Origin: an uncultured Pelagibacteraceae bacterium
Lineage (GTDB): Bacteria > Pseudomonadota > Alphaproteobacteria > Pelagibacterales > Pelagibacteraceae
DNA: 64,000 nucleotides
NCBI GenBank assembly: GCA_902523895.1
Contig: CABZAZ010000002.1
Span: 34,313 to 98,312 of the forward strand
Reading direction: 5' to 3'
Positions 9,577-19,455 of this stretch are shown here, one piece after another (within the stretch, counting starts at the first letter, position 1; each line of letters starts with the position of its first letter). The notes under the pieces are model-generated. The model was not told where the DNA came from. It did not search any database and saw only the letters and a program-made list of their open reading frames with translations. A program made the translations under genes and the position numbers.

Positions 9577-11643
9577 ATGTTTAAAGTATACAAGAAGGAA
9601 ATTGAAGTAGCAGGCAAAAAGATAAGCTTAGAGACAGGCAAAATAGCAAGACAGGCAGATGGAGCAATAATAGCAACATGTGGAGAAACAGTTGTTTTAG
9701 CAACAGTCGTGGGAGCAAAAAAAGTAAATCCAGATATGGATTATTTTCCATTATCTGTAAATTACCAGGAAAAATATTATGCAGCTGGAAAAATTCCAGG
9801 TGGATATTTCAAAAGAGAGGCAAGGCCAACTGAAAGTGAAACGTTAATTTCAAGATTAATTGACAGACCTATTAGACCATTATTCCCAGATGAATTTAAA
9901 AATGAAGTTCAGTTGTTACCAACTGTAATTTCTTATGATAAAGAAAATGAAGCTGATATTTTATCTATTACAGCATCTTCAGCAGCATTAGCAATTTCAG
10001 GTATGCCATTTATGGGACCGGTAGGAGCTTCTAGAGTTGGATATATTGATGGAAAATATATTTTAAACCCATCAAAGATTGATTTGGAAAAATCAAAATT
10101 AGATTTAGTTGTAGCAGGTACAAAAGATGCTGTGCTAATGGTTGAGTCTGAAGCAAATGGTTTAACAGAGGAAGAGATGTTAAATGCAGTTAAATTTGGT
10201 CATGAAGGTTTTGTTCCTGTGATTGAAATGATAGAAGAACTTGCAAAAGAATGTAGAAAACCTGAATGGACTGTTGAAATGAAAGATCTTTCAGAAGTGA
10301 AGAAAAAACTTGAAGAAACATTTACTGAAGATCTTAAAAAAGCTTTCGCGACCAGAGATAAACAAGATAGATCAAACCAAATTTCAGAGATCACTGATAA
10401 AGCTAAAAAGCTTTATGAGGAAGATGAAAATTATACTGATCTCGATGTTAACTCTGAACTAAAAAATCTTGAAAAGAAAATTGTAAGGACTGATATTTTA
10501 AAAAATAAAAATAGAATTGATGGAAGGGGTTTATCTGATGTTAGACCTATCTCATGTGAGGTTGGAATTTTACCAAGAACGCATGGTTCAGCTTTGTTTA
10601 CTAGGGGAGAAACGCAAGCAATAGTAACAGCTACTCTTGGCACATCTGATGATGAACAAAGAATTGAAAGCTTAGATGGATTACAAAGAGAAAGGTTTAT
10701 GCTTCATTATAATTTTCCACCTTTTTCTGTTGGAGAAACTGGAAGAATAGGCACCGGTAGGAGAGAAATAGGACACGGTAAATTAGCATGGAGAGCTATA
10801 CATTCCTCATTGCCACCTAAAGAGTCTTTCCCATATACTTTTAGAGTAGTCTCAGAAATTACAGAGTCGAATGGCTCTTCCTCTATGGCTACTGTCTGTG
10901 GTACTTCACTAGCATTAATGGATGCAGGTGTTCCCATTAAAGAACCAGTAGCGGGTATTGCAATGGGTTTAATTAAAGAAGGTAAAGATTTTAGCGTATT
11001 ATCCGATATTTTAGGTGATGAAGATCATCTTGGAGATATGGATTTCAAGGTTGCCGGAACTAAAGATGGGATTACTTCACTTCAAATGGATATAAAGATA
11101 ACAGGTATTACATTTGAAATCATGGAACAGGCTTTAAGTCAAGCTAAAGAGGGAAGAGTTCACATTTTAGGAGAAATGAATAAAGCGTTGTCTAAATCTA
11201 GGGAAGATGTTGGAAAATATACTCCAAAAATGGAAAAGATTACGGTGGATAAAAAAGATATTGCAGCTGTTATAGGAAAAGGAGGCGCATCAATCAGAGA
11301 AATTGTTGAAAAATCAGGAGCTAAAGTTGACGTAAATGATGAAGGTGTAGTTACAGTTTCAGCACCAGACGAAGAGTCAAGAAATTCTGCCATGCAAATG
11401 ATTAAAGATATTACTGCAAAACCAGAACTAGATAAGATTTATTCCGGTAAAGTAATGAAAATCATGGAATTTGGAGCATTCGTGAATTTTTTAGGTAAAC
11501 AAGATGGACTAGTTCATATTTCAGAATTGGCAAACAAAAGAGTTGCTAAAGTTACCGATGTAGTTAAAGAAGGCGATGAAGTGAAAGTAAAAGTAATTGG
11601 TTTCGATAGAGGTAAAGTTAAGCTTTCTATTAAACAAGTTTAA
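9577..11643 (+). CDS. pnp: Polyribonucleotide nucleotidyltransferase
   Basis: [45 protein letters not shown] and S1 domains. Confidence 0.98.
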   Translation: MFKVYKKEIEVAGKKISLETGKIARQADGAIIATCGETVVLATVVGAKKVNPDMDYFPLSVNYQEKYYAAGKIPGGYFKREARPTESETLISRLIDRPIRPLFPDEFKNEVQLLPTVISYDKENEADILSITASSAALAISGMPFMGPVGASRVGYIDGKYILNPSKIDLEKSKLDLVVAGTKDAVLMVESEANGLTEEEMLNAVKFGHEGFVPVIEMIEELAKECRKPEWTVEMKDLSEVKKKLEETFTEDLKKAFATRDKQDRSNQISEITDKAKKLYEEDENYTDLDVNSELKNLEKKIVRTDILKNKNRIDGRGLSDVRPISCEVGILPRTHGSALFTRGETQAIVTATLGTSDDEQRIESLDGLQRERFMLHYNFPPFSVGETGRIGTGRREIGHGKLAWRAIHSSLPPKESFPYTFRVVSEITESNGSSSMATVCGTSLALMDAGVPIKEPVAGIAMGLIKEGKDFSVLSDILGDEDHLGDMDFKVAGTKDGITSLQMDIKITGITFEIMEQALSQAKEGRVHILGEMNKALSKSREDVGKYTPKMEKITVDKKDIAAVIGKGGASIREIVEKSGAKVDVNDEGVVTVSAPDEESRNSAMQMIKDITAKPELDKIYSGKVMKIMEFGAFVNFLGKQDGLVHISELANKRVAKVTDVVKEGDEVKVKVIGFDRGKVKLSIKQV

Positions 11644-11696
11644 ACTGAATAACAGTTTTTTAGAACGGCTCTTTGAGCTATTTGATTAATCTGAGT

Positions 11697-12470
11697 ATGA
11701 GAAAGATAAGTTGGTATTATAAATTTTTAATCTTTAAATTAAAAAAGAAAACCAACTTGGATAACTTTGTTTTTAAAAAAAATCAATCGCTTGATCAAAT
11801 TTTTAATTATTTTGGCACTGACAAAGGAACGCAAGTTAAAGATCCTTATAGTAAAGTAAAAAAAAAGAATCTAGGTCACGGATTTGGAAAATTTTACGAA
11901 AAGCATTTTAAAAAATTTAAAAAAAGAAAATTTAATTTCCTTGAAATAGGTACATGGGAAGGAGCATCATTAGCTTCTTTTTATTTTTATTTTATAAATG
12001 CTAATATTCATGGCATAGATAGAAACTTTAAAAATAAATATGAGTCTAAAAGAATAAAATTTAATTATTGCGATACCACTAATTTTTCAGACCTAAGAAT
12101 TTTTAAAAAAAAATTTGAGAAAAAAAAATTCAAAATTATAATTGATGATGGATCTCACCTTTTAAGCAATATTCTACAAAATTTAAATTTTTTTTTTAGA
12201 TTTTTGGAAAAAGGGGGATTTTATATTATTGAGGACTTTAATCATCCTAAGTATTTTCATTACCTGAATGATACTAAGGGTAAAGAATTTTATGTTAATG
12301 AAGTTATAGATAATTTTAGAAAAAAAAAATTATTTAAATCAGAAATACTCCAAAAAAATGATCAAAAATTTTTTTGGGATGAAATTAAAGAAATTCATGT
12401 GTATAAAGGAAATGCTTTAAAATCTAAAAGAAATATATCTGATATTTTATTTTTGAAAAAAAATGATTAG
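11697..12470 (+). CDS. Class I SAM-dependent methyltransferase, substrate unknown
   Basis: GTDK, FLEIGTWEGASL, IHGID, IIIDDGSH, GGFYIIED motifs; ATG at 11697 preferred to TTG at 11673. Confidence 0.75.
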   Translation: MRKISWYYKFLIFKLKKKTNLDNFVFKKNQSLDQIFNYFGTDKGTQVKDPYSKVKKKNLGHGFGKFYEKHFKKFKKRKFNFLEIGTWEGASLASFYFYFINANIHGIDRNFKNKYESKRIKFNYCDTTNFSDLRIFKKKFEKKKFKIIIDDGSHLLSNILQNLNFFFRFLEKGGFYIIEDFNHPKYFHYLNDTKGKEFYVNEVIDNFRKKKLFKSEILQKNDQKFFWDEIKEIHVYKGNALKSKRNISDILFLKKND

Positions 12471-12481
12471 TGTTTATAATT

Positions 12482-13267
12482 TTATCTAATATTCTTAGGG
12501 TCAGGCATCCCAACTTTGTTATATCCAGCGTCAACATAGTGAATCTCACCAGTAACTCCATTAGCAAGATCACTCAGCAAGTATAATGCAGAATTTCCAA
12601 CATCATGAATATCTACATTTCTTTTTAAAAAAGAATGGTCTTCATTCCATTTATATAAAAATTTTGCATCTCCTATGGCAGAGGCCGCTAATGTTTTTAT
12701 AGGTCCAGCACTAATTGCGTTAACTCTAATGTTTTTAGTTCCTAAATCTCTAGCTAAATATTTTACACTAGCTTCAAGAGCAGATTTGCAAACTCCCATT
12801 ACATTGTAATTTGGAATTGCCTTTGTTGACTCGTAAGTCAAAGTCAGCATGCTGCCACCATTTTTCATAACTTTTGATGCTTCTTTAGCAACTTCAGTAA
12901 ATGAAAAGCATGAAATCAACATACTTCTTAGAAAATTTTCTCTAGTAGTATTTAAATATTCACCAGACAATTCTGATTTATCTGAAAATGCAACAGCATG
13001 AACTACAAAATCAATTTCTCCCCATTTAGCTTTTATATTTTCAAATAATTTAGTTACTTCCTCTCTATTTTCAACATCACAACTGAAAGTTAATTTTGAA
13101 TTCAATTTTTCTGATAAAGGGATCACTCTTTTTTTTAATGCATCTCCTAAGTAAGTAAACGCAAGTTCTGCCCCAGCTTCTGCAAGTTTTTGAGATATAC
13201 CCCAGGCTATGGATCTTTCATTAGCAACACCCATTATCAATCCTTTTTTGCCCTTCATTAAACTCAT
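12482..13267 (-). CDS. fabI: Enoyl-ACP reductase FabI
   Basis: GLIMGVANERSIAWGI, YNVMGVCKSALE, SAGPIKTLAA. Confidence 0.96.
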   Translation of the reverse strand: MSLMKGKKGLIMGVANERSIAWGISQKLAEAGAELAFTYLGDALKKRVIPLSEKLNSKLTFSCDVENREEVTKLFENIKAKWGEIDFVVHAVAFSDKSELSGEYLNTTRENFLRSMLISCFSFTEVAKEASKVMKNGGSMLTLTYESTKAIPNYNVMGVCKSALEASVKYLARDLGTKNIRVNAISAGPIKTLAASAIGDAKFLYKWNEDHSFLKRNVDIHDVGNSALYLLSDLANGVTGEIHYVDAGYNKVGMPDPKNIR

Positions 13268-13269
13268 AA

Positions 13270-14481
13270 CTAAACCTTTTCAAAAATTAAAGCTGCATTA
13301 GTTCCACCAAACCCAAAACTGTTTGACATTACTGTATTTAAAGTTACTCCTGTTTCAGTTTTAGCGACTATTGGGAATTTTTTCGCTTCATCATCCATTT
13401 CATTAATATTTGCAGAGCCAGTAATAAAATTATTTTTCATCATAATTAAACAATATATTGCCTCATGAACAGATGCTGCTCCTAACGGATGTCCGGAAAG
13501 AGATTTAGTTGAACTAATTTTTGGAATTTCCGATCCAAAAGTCTCTTTTACAGCATTTAACTCTGTAATATCTCCAACTGGAGTAGATGTTCCATGTGTG
13601 TTTATGTAATCAATTTTATTTTTTGCTGTCGCCATAGCCATTTTCATACATCTAACAGCTCCCTCACCTGATGGTGCTACCATATCATATCCATCTGAGG
13701 TTGCTCCATAGCCAGTTAATTCTGCATAAATTTTTGCTCCTCTAGCCTTAGCGTGTTCATATTCTTCAAGCACTAATACCCCTCCGCCTCCGGCAATTAC
13801 AAAACCATCCCTTGTTTTATCATAGGCTCTTGATGCAGTCTCAGGCGTATCATTGTATTTTGATGATAAAGCAGTCATAGCATCAAACATTGCAGTCATT
13901 GCCCAATGTATTTCTTCACTTCCACCAGCAAAAACAATATCTTGTTTACCCAATTGAATTAATTCCATAGAATTTCCAATACAATGTCCACTTGTTGCAC
14001 AAGCTGAACTCATAGTGTAGTTAGTGCCTTTAATTTTAAATGGCACAGCAAGAGTAGCAGAAGCTGTGCTTGCCATTGTTCGTGGCACAATAAAAGGTCC
14101 CATAAGTTTTGGTGTTTTAGCTCGTGTTTTATCAGCAGCTAAAATAACATTTTCAATTGAGGGGCCACCTGAACCCATTACAATTCCTGTTTTAAAATTA
14201 CTTATATCTTTCTCCTCTAAGCCGGAGTCTTCAATTGCTTCTTTCATGGCTATATAATTATATGCTGAACCAGAACCCATAAATCTAATTGTTTTTCTAT
14301 CTATATGATCCTCTAGTTTAATGTTTGGTTTACCATGAACATGGCTTTTTAAATTGTGCTCTTTATATTCTTCTGCAAAAGAAATTCCTGATTTAGAGTT
14401 TAATAAAGATTGATATACTTCCTCTTGATTATTACCCAAACAAGATACTACCCCTAAACCAGTTATTACCACTCTTCTCAT
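13270..14481 (-). CDS. fabB: 3-oxoacyl-ACP synthase I
   Basis: [34 protein letters not shown]; fabA-fabB-fabI synteny. Confidence 0.95.
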   Translation of the reverse strand: MRRVVITGLGVVSCLGNNQEEVYQSLLNSKSGISFAEEYKEHNLKSHVHGKPNIKLEDHIDRKTIRFMGSGSAYNYIAMKEAIEDSGLEEKDISNFKTGIVMGSGGPSIENVILAADKTRAKTPKLMGPFIVPRTMASTASATLAVPFKIKGTNYTMSSACATSGHCIGNSMELIQLGKQDIVFAGGSEEIHWAMTAMFDAMTALSSKYNDTPETASRAYDKTRDGFVIAGGGGVLVLEEYEHAKARGAKIYAELTGYGATSDGYDMVAPSGEGAVRCMKMAMATAKNKIDYINTHGTSTPVGDITELNAVKETFGSEIPKISSTKSLSGHPLGAASVHEAIYCLIMMKNNFITGSANINEMDDEAKKFPIVAKTETGVTLNTVMSNSFGFGGTNAALIFEKV

Positions 14482-14981
14482 TATTTAAATAAACCTACTT
14501 TTAAATTGTCAGCTGAATATATTTTTTTCTCATCAGCAAGTAATACCCCATTAGCAAGACCAACAGTTGTTCCTCCAGGCGACATTATTTTTTTCATATC
14601 TATTTCATATCTTACATTTTTAACATTTTTTAAAACTTCACCTGTAAATTTAACAGTACCAACTCCTAAAGCCCTTCCCTTACCAGGATTTCCTTTCCAA
14701 CCTAGGAAAAAACCAACTAATTGCCACATAGCATCTAATCCTAAACATCCTGGCATTACAGGATCTTCCTTAAAGTGACAATCAAAAAACCAAAGATCAT
14801 TTTTAATATCTAACTCAGCTTTTAGTAAACCTTTTTTAAAAGCTCCCTTGTCGTCGTTAATTTCTGTAATTCTATCAAACATAAGCATTGGTGGAAGAGG
14901 TAATTTAGCATTACCAGGACCAAATAATTTCCCTTCACCACAATTAATTAGTTCATCGTATGAGTAAGAGTTTTTTTTCAT
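14481..14981 (-). CDS. fabA: 3-hydroxyacyl-ACP dehydratase/isomerase FabA
   Basis: [37 protein letters not shown]. Confidence 0.97.
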   Translation of the reverse strand: MKKNSYSYDELINCGEGKLFGPGNAKLPLPPMLMFDRITEINDDKGAFKKGLLKAELDIKNDLWFFDCHFKEDPVMPGCLGLDAMWQLVGFFLGWKGNPGKGRALGVGTVKFTGEVLKNVKNVRYEIDMKKIMSPGGTTVGLANGVLLADEKKIYSADNLKVGLFK

Positions 14982-15040
14982 AAAATTGAATACTCTTATT
15001 TACTTGATTTTGTAACTATATAATATAATTATAATACTTG

Positions 15041-15057
15041 TTTAGAATAATTTTAAC
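15041..15057. promoter_or_regulatory. Putative Irr-binding ICE box upstream of irr
   Basis: TTTAGAA-TAA-TTTTAAC versus ICE consensus TTTAGAA-N3-TTCTAAA (2 mismatches). Confidence 0.55.
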
Positions 15058-15075
15058 TAACAATTTGCTTAAAAA

Positions 15076-15474
15076 GTGAAATATATAGAAAAATTAAGAA
15101 ATTCTGGATTAAGACCTACTAAACAAAGGCTACAGATATGTGAGGTTCTGTTTAATACGGAGAGAACATTTCATTTCACAATAAATGAGTTAGAGCAAAA
15201 AATTAAAGATAAAATAGATAACAAAATATCTTTGGCAACAATCTATAATACAGTTCATGCTTTTGAAAAAAAAGGATATTTGAAGCAAATCCCTGTAAAC
15301 TCAAACCAAACTTATTTTGACACAAACATTACTGATCATCATCATTTTTATAATTTGAAAGATGGAAATTTGATCGATTTAGAAAACTCTGATGTAGGAC
15401 CCATAAATATTAAAAAAAAAATTAATGGTAAAAAAATCAAATCTATTGAAGTTCTTGTCAAACTCGAAGATTAA
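15076..15474 (+). CDS. irr: Iron response regulator Irr (Fur family)
   Basis: GLRPTKQR, ISLATIYNT, YFDTN..DHHHF (Irr HHH motif); divergent from fabA as in many alphaproteobacteria. Confidence 0.85.
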   Translation: MKYIEKLRNSGLRPTKQRLQICEVLFNTERTFHFTINELEQKIKDKIDNKISLATIYNTVHAFEKKGYLKQIPVNSNQTYFDTNITDHHHFYNLKDGNLIDLENSDVGPINIKKKINGKKIKSIEVLVKLED

Positions 15475-15507
15475 TTAATCAATTTATTAAGCGTCATTAT
15501 TAACCAA

Positions 15508-15536
15508 TTGACAGCTATTTAGAACCATTATAAACT
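15508..15536 (+). promoter_or_regulatory. katG promoter with overlapping ICE box
   Basis: TTGACA (15508-15513), 17 bp, TAAACT (15531-15536); TTTAGAA-CCA-TTATAAA (15518-15534) is one mismatch from the ICE consensus. Confidence 0.75.
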
Positions 15537-15568
15537 GCAAAAATAATCAATCTAATCATGGGGAGTAA

Positions 15569-17806
15569 ATGAGTACTGAAAATTTTAAAAATAAATCTTT
15601 TAAATCTAATGAGTTAAGCAAATGTCCTTTTACAGGCGCAGGCACACCTGCAAAGTTTTCTGCAGGGAGAGGTCAAACGGTAAGAGATTTCTGGCCAAAT
15701 AGTTTGAATCTCAAAATTCTTAGTCAGCATTCTAATTTATCGAACCCTATGGACAAGAAATTTAATTATGCGAAAGAATTTAAAAAACTTAATTACAAAG
15801 CGTTAAAAAAAGATTTAAAAAAATTAATGACAGACTCACAAGAATGGTGGCCTGCAGATTATGGTCATTATGGTCCTCTATTTATCCGATTAGCTTGGCA
15901 CGCTGCAGGAACTTACAGGACTGGTGATGGTAGAGGTGGTGCCGGTACTGGCAATCAAAGATTTGCTCCGCTCAATTCTTGGCCAGATAACGTGAATTTA
16001 GATAAAGCAAGGTTACTTTTATGGCCAATCAAAAAAAAGTACGGAAGAAAAATTTCATGGGCAGATTTATTTATATTAGTTGGAAACGTAGCATTAGACT
16101 CCATGGGTTTTAAAACTTTTGGTTTTGGTGCAGGTAGAACGGACATCTGGGAACCAGAGGATGATATTTATTGGGGTTCAGAAAAAGAAATGCTAGGTGT
16201 TGAGAGATACAGTGGAAAAAGAGATTTAGAGCAGCCGTTAGGTGCTTCTCACATGGGCTTGATTTATGTAAATCCACAAGGTCCAGACGCGAATCCAGAT
16301 CCATTACTAGCAGCACATGACATCAGAGAGACATTTGGAAGAATGGCTATGAACGATTATGAAACAGCAGCCTTAGTCGCTGGAGGACATACTTTTGGAA
16401 AATCGCATGGAGCAGCATCAGAGTCATACAAAGGTCCAGATCCAGAAGCTTCAAAACTTCAAGATCAGTCTACTGGATGGAATAGTGGATATAAATCTGG
16501 AAAAGGTGTTGACACTATTAGCAGCGGTATAGAAGGTGCTTGGACTCAAAATCCTATTAAATGGGATATGGGTTATTTAGATTGTTTATATGGTCATGAT
16601 TGGGAATTAACAAAAAGCCCAGCTGGAGCTCATCAATGGACTCCAAAGAAAAATGGTCAAAAAATTAAAATGGTTCCTGATGCACATCAGAAAGGTGTGC
16701 TTCATCCACCAATGATGCAAACAACAGATATATCAATGAAAGTTGATCCGAGTTATGGACCAATTACAAAGCATTTTCATAAAAACCCTAAAGAGTTTCA
16801 TGATGCATTTGCTCGGGCATGGTTTAAATTAACTCATAGAGATATGGGTCCAAGAGTTTGTTACTTGGGTAATGAAGTTCCAAAAGAGCAATTAATTTGG
16901 CAAGATCCAATTGATAAACCAAAGTACAAACTTAAATCAAAAGATATAAAAGATTTAAAAAACAAAATTTCTAAATCAAAAATATCAATTTCAGATTTAG
17001 TTTCTACTGCATGGGCATCAGCGTCAACATTTAGAGGATCAGATAAGAGAGGTGGCGCTAACGGTGCAAGAATAATGTTAGAACCACAAAAAAGCTGGGC
17101 TGTGAATAATCCTAAGAAACTATCAACTGTGGTTAAAGCTTTGAATAAAATTAAAGATCAATTTGATAATAAAAAGAAAAGTGTATCAATGGCAGACTTG
17201 ATTGTCTTAGCTGGTGGTGTTGGCATTGAGATGGCTGCTAATAAGGCAGGGTATAAAGTTAATGTTCCATTTTCAGCAGGCAGAGGAGATGCAAGACAAG
17301 ATCAAACTGATATTCATTCTTTTGGTCTTCTTGAGCCTCAGGCAGATGGTTTTAGAAACTATCTAAATGGTGGAGCTTCAAATGTCTCAGCAGAAGAAAA
17401 ATTGGTTGATAAAGCACAACTAATGGGCCTGACTGCACCAGAAATGACAGCACTTATAGGCGGTATGAGAGTTTTAAATACTAACTATGATGGTTCAAAT
17501 TATGGGGTTTTTACAAATAAACCTGGTTCTCTTACTAACGATTACTTCGTAAATCTATTGGACATGAATACTACATGGAAAGAGGAAGATAAATCAGAAC
17601 AAACTTTTGTTGGAAAAGACAGAAAAACTCAGAAAAATAAATGGAAAGCAACAAGAGTTGATTTGATTTTTGGTTCAAACTCTCAACTAAGAGCTCTAGC
17701 AGAAGTTTATGCCTGTGAGGACTCAAGTGAAAAATTTGTCAAAGATTTTATAGCTGCATGGGTAAAAGTTATGAATTCTGATCGTTTTGATTTGAAATTA
17801 AATTAA
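15569..17806 (+). CDS. katG: Catalase-peroxidase KatG
   Basis: [57 protein letters not shown]; SD GGGGAG. Confidence 0.98.
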   Translation: MSTENFKNKSFKSNELSKCPFTGAGTPAKFSAGRGQTVRDFWPNSLNLKILSQHSNLSNPMDKKFNYAKEFKKLNYKALKKDLKKLMTDSQEWWPADYGHYGPLFIRLAWHAAGTYRTGDGRGGAGTGNQRFAPLNSWPDNVNLDKARLLLWPIKKKYGRKISWADLFILVGNVALDSMGFKTFGFGAGRTDIWEPEDDIYWGSEKEMLGVERYSGKRDLEQPLGASHMGLIYVNPQGPDANPDPLLAAHDIRETFGRMAMNDYETAALVAGGHTFGKSHGAASESYKGPDPEASKLQDQSTGWNSGYKSGKGVDTISSGIEGAWTQNPIKWDMGYLDCLYGHDWELTKSPAGAHQWTPKKNGQKIKMVPDAHQKGVLHPPMMQTTDISMKVDPSYGPITKHFHKNPKEFHDAFARAWFKLTHRDMGPRVCYLGNEVPKEQLIWQDPIDKPKYKLKSKDIKDLKNKISKSKISISDLVSTAWASASTFRGSDKRGGANGARIMLEPQKSWAVNNPKKLSTVVKALNKIKDQFDNKKKSVSMADLIVLAGGVGIEMAANKAGYKVNVPFSAGRGDARQDQTDIHSFGLLEPQADGFRNYLNGGASNVSAEEKLVDKAQLMGLTAPEMTALIGGMRVLNTNYDGSNYGVFTNKPGSLTNDYFVNLLDMNTTWKEEDKSEQTFVGKDRKTQKNKWKATRVDLIFGSNSQLRALAEVYACEDSSEKFVKDFIAAWVKVMNSDRFDLKLN

Positions 17807-17829
17807 ATTTGAAAAAAAGATAAAGTTAT

Positions 17830-18426
17830 ATGGCAACAGCAAATTTTGAGGATTTTTACGAAGTTCCAGATCTTAATTTTGATATTTCAAAGTTAAAAGA
17901 TGACCTGGATAAAATTTTGAAATTAAAAAAATTTAATACACCAGGTGTTACACATTTTGGTGCAATTCCAATAAACCAAATTCCAAATGATAAGAGCTCA
18001 GTTGAAGGTAATAATATTAGAGGAAAATATTGGACAATTGCAGATGATACTGGAAAAGAGGTTTCAAGAGATGTTGATATAGATGAGTCAAAATATACGC
18101 AATTAATTCCTGAATTTGAAAATACATATTTTGCAGAAGTTTACAGTATATTAAGCAAGAGATTTAAATTAGGAAGGGTAAGGCTTTTATTAAAAGAACC
18201 TAGATCTACTTTGAGTTGGCATAAAGATCCAGAATGCAGACTTCATGTGCCCATAATCACTAATAAAGGGTGTTCAATGGTCATAGAGAATGTTGCTAAA
18301 CATTTACCTGCAGATGGAAAAGTTTGGATTACAAATAATACAAAATATCATAATTTTTTTAATGGAGGTGAACAGGCTAGAATACACCTTGTGGCTTGTG
18401 TTCTTGAAAGTCCTTTTAAAAATTGA
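17830..18426 (+). CDS. Aspartyl/asparaginyl beta-hydroxylase-like Fe(II)/2OG oxygenase
   Basis: GRVRLL..PRSTLSWHKD (HxD), RLHVPIITN, HNFFNGG..RIHLV distal His and 2OG-binding Arg. Confidence 0.75.
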   Translation: MATANFEDFYEVPDLNFDISKLKDDLDKILKLKKFNTPGVTHFGAIPINQIPNDKSSVEGNNIRGKYWTIADDTGKEVSRDVDIDESKYTQLIPEFENTYFAEVYSILSKRFKLGRVRLLLKEPRSTLSWHKDPECRLHVPIITNKGCSMVIENVAKHLPADGKVWITNNTKYHNFFNGGEQARIHLVACVLESPFKN

Positions 18427-18668
18427 TGGAAATTACTAAGGGAATATTTCAGGCATCTCATAATATTTACAAAAATAATAAAGGCTCTCTACTAAGAACT
18501 GTTATTTACACAATTGGCCATTTTGTAATTGCGATCACTGTCTTAATGTTAGTGGCAGATGTATCTCTTATAATTGCACTAACTGATGCTATAGTTGAGC
18601 CAATCGCAAATTCAATTTGGTATTTTATTTTAGATAAATGGTGGACAAGTAAGTTAAAAAATAAATAA
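18426..18668 (+). CDS. Small membrane protein, DUF2061-like
   Basis: SLLRTVIYTIGHFVIA...EPIANSIWYFILDKWW pattern; ATG overlaps upstream TGA. Confidence 0.65.
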   Translation: MEITKGIFQASHNIYKNNKGSLLRTVIYTIGHFVIAITVLMLVADVSLIIALTDAIVEPIANSIWYFILDKWWTSKLKNK

Positions 18669-18690
18669 TTCAATTATAACAAAAAATAAA

Positions 18691-18740
18691 GCAATTAGTA
18701 ATCATTCGCAAAAAAAAATTGCTATTAATAATCATTCGCA
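18691..18740. repeat. Tandem 20-bp direct repeat, each copy containing a Fur-box-like 7-1-7 element
   Basis: GCAATTAGTAATCATTCGCA (18691-18710) and GCTATTAATAATCATTCGCA (18721-18740), 18/20 identical, 30-bp period. Confidence 0.8.
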
Positions 18741-18784
18741 CGAATAACTGTTGAATTTAATAAAATTATATTTATTTTTTTGAA

Positions 18785-18964
18785 ATGCAAATAGAAAACT
18801 ATAATTGTAAAAAGTGTGGACTAACAATTTCTTCAACTTGTTCTAAATGTGATAAAATTGTTGACGTTGAAGTTCTTGATGATGGTTGTATCGTTCAGAA
18901 AACAAAATGTTTAGACTGTGCAAATACTCCAGTGATCAAGGATGTTTGTGAACAACAAAAGTAG
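18785..18964 (+). CDS. Unannotated 59-aa cysteine-rich protein (8 Cys, three CxxC)
   Basis: Manual translation MQIENYNCKKCGLTISSTCSKCDKIVDVEVLDDGCIVQKTKCLDCANTPVIKDVCEQQK; fills the gap before the convergent SH3 gene. Confidence 0.8.
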   Translation: MQIENYNCKKCGLTISSTCSKCDKIVDVEVLDDGCIVQKTKCLDCANTPVIKDVCEQQK

Positions 18965-19000
18965 TCTAACATTAAAATATATAAGTCGAGTAGATCAAGA

Positions 19001-19441
19001 TTAATTCACACCCCAGGATTTTTCTATTTTAATCCATCCCTTAAAGTTTCCAGTTTTCACCTTACACCAATCACCAATACAATTCTGTACTAACAAAACT
19101 CTACCCTTTTCTATTTTTGCTAAAGGTTTTGAAAAATTTGTTGGCTTGCTAAACAAAATTTTATCGATCTTTGGTATTAAAGAATTTACTTTTTTGAGTT
19201 GAGAGACATGTATCCATCCACTATTATTTTTGAAATCGATAATCCTCCTAAAATTTTCTTTTTTATCAATCTGTTTAATAGGTAAATTAATTTTTTTATA
19301 GATATATTTTATAGGATACTCAAATCCTGGACCATATCTTACATTTACTTTGTTTTTTTTTAATGAGAGAAAAGTATCGTTTGCAAAAGCATTTAATGGA
19401 AAAAAAATCCAGAGAAAAATTAGAAAATATAACTTTTTCAT
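19001..19441 (-). CDS. Secreted bacterial SH3-domain protein
   Basis: Signal peptide (..NAFA), VNVRYGPG..YPI, GWIH, tandem SH3-like repeats ending WCKV..GWI. Confidence 0.85.
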   Translation of the reverse strand: MKKLYFLIFLWIFFPLNAFANDTFLSLKKNKVNVRYGPGFEYPIKYIYKKINLPIKQIDKKENFRRIIDFKNNSGWIHVSQLKKVNSLIPKIDKILFSKPTNFSKPLAKIEKGRVLLVQNCIGDWCKVKTGNFKGWIKIEKSWGVN

Positions 19442-19455
19442 TATTAAACTAAACC

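Noticed and set aside
11659-11675. TTTAGAA-CGG-CTCTTTG as a third ICE box
   Set aside because: The right half matches only 3/7; expected by chance in AT-rich DNA.
18691-18740. 20-bp direct repeats as a mini-CRISPR
   Set aside because: Only two copies, a 10-bp spacer and no cas genes; they fit transcription-factor sites better.
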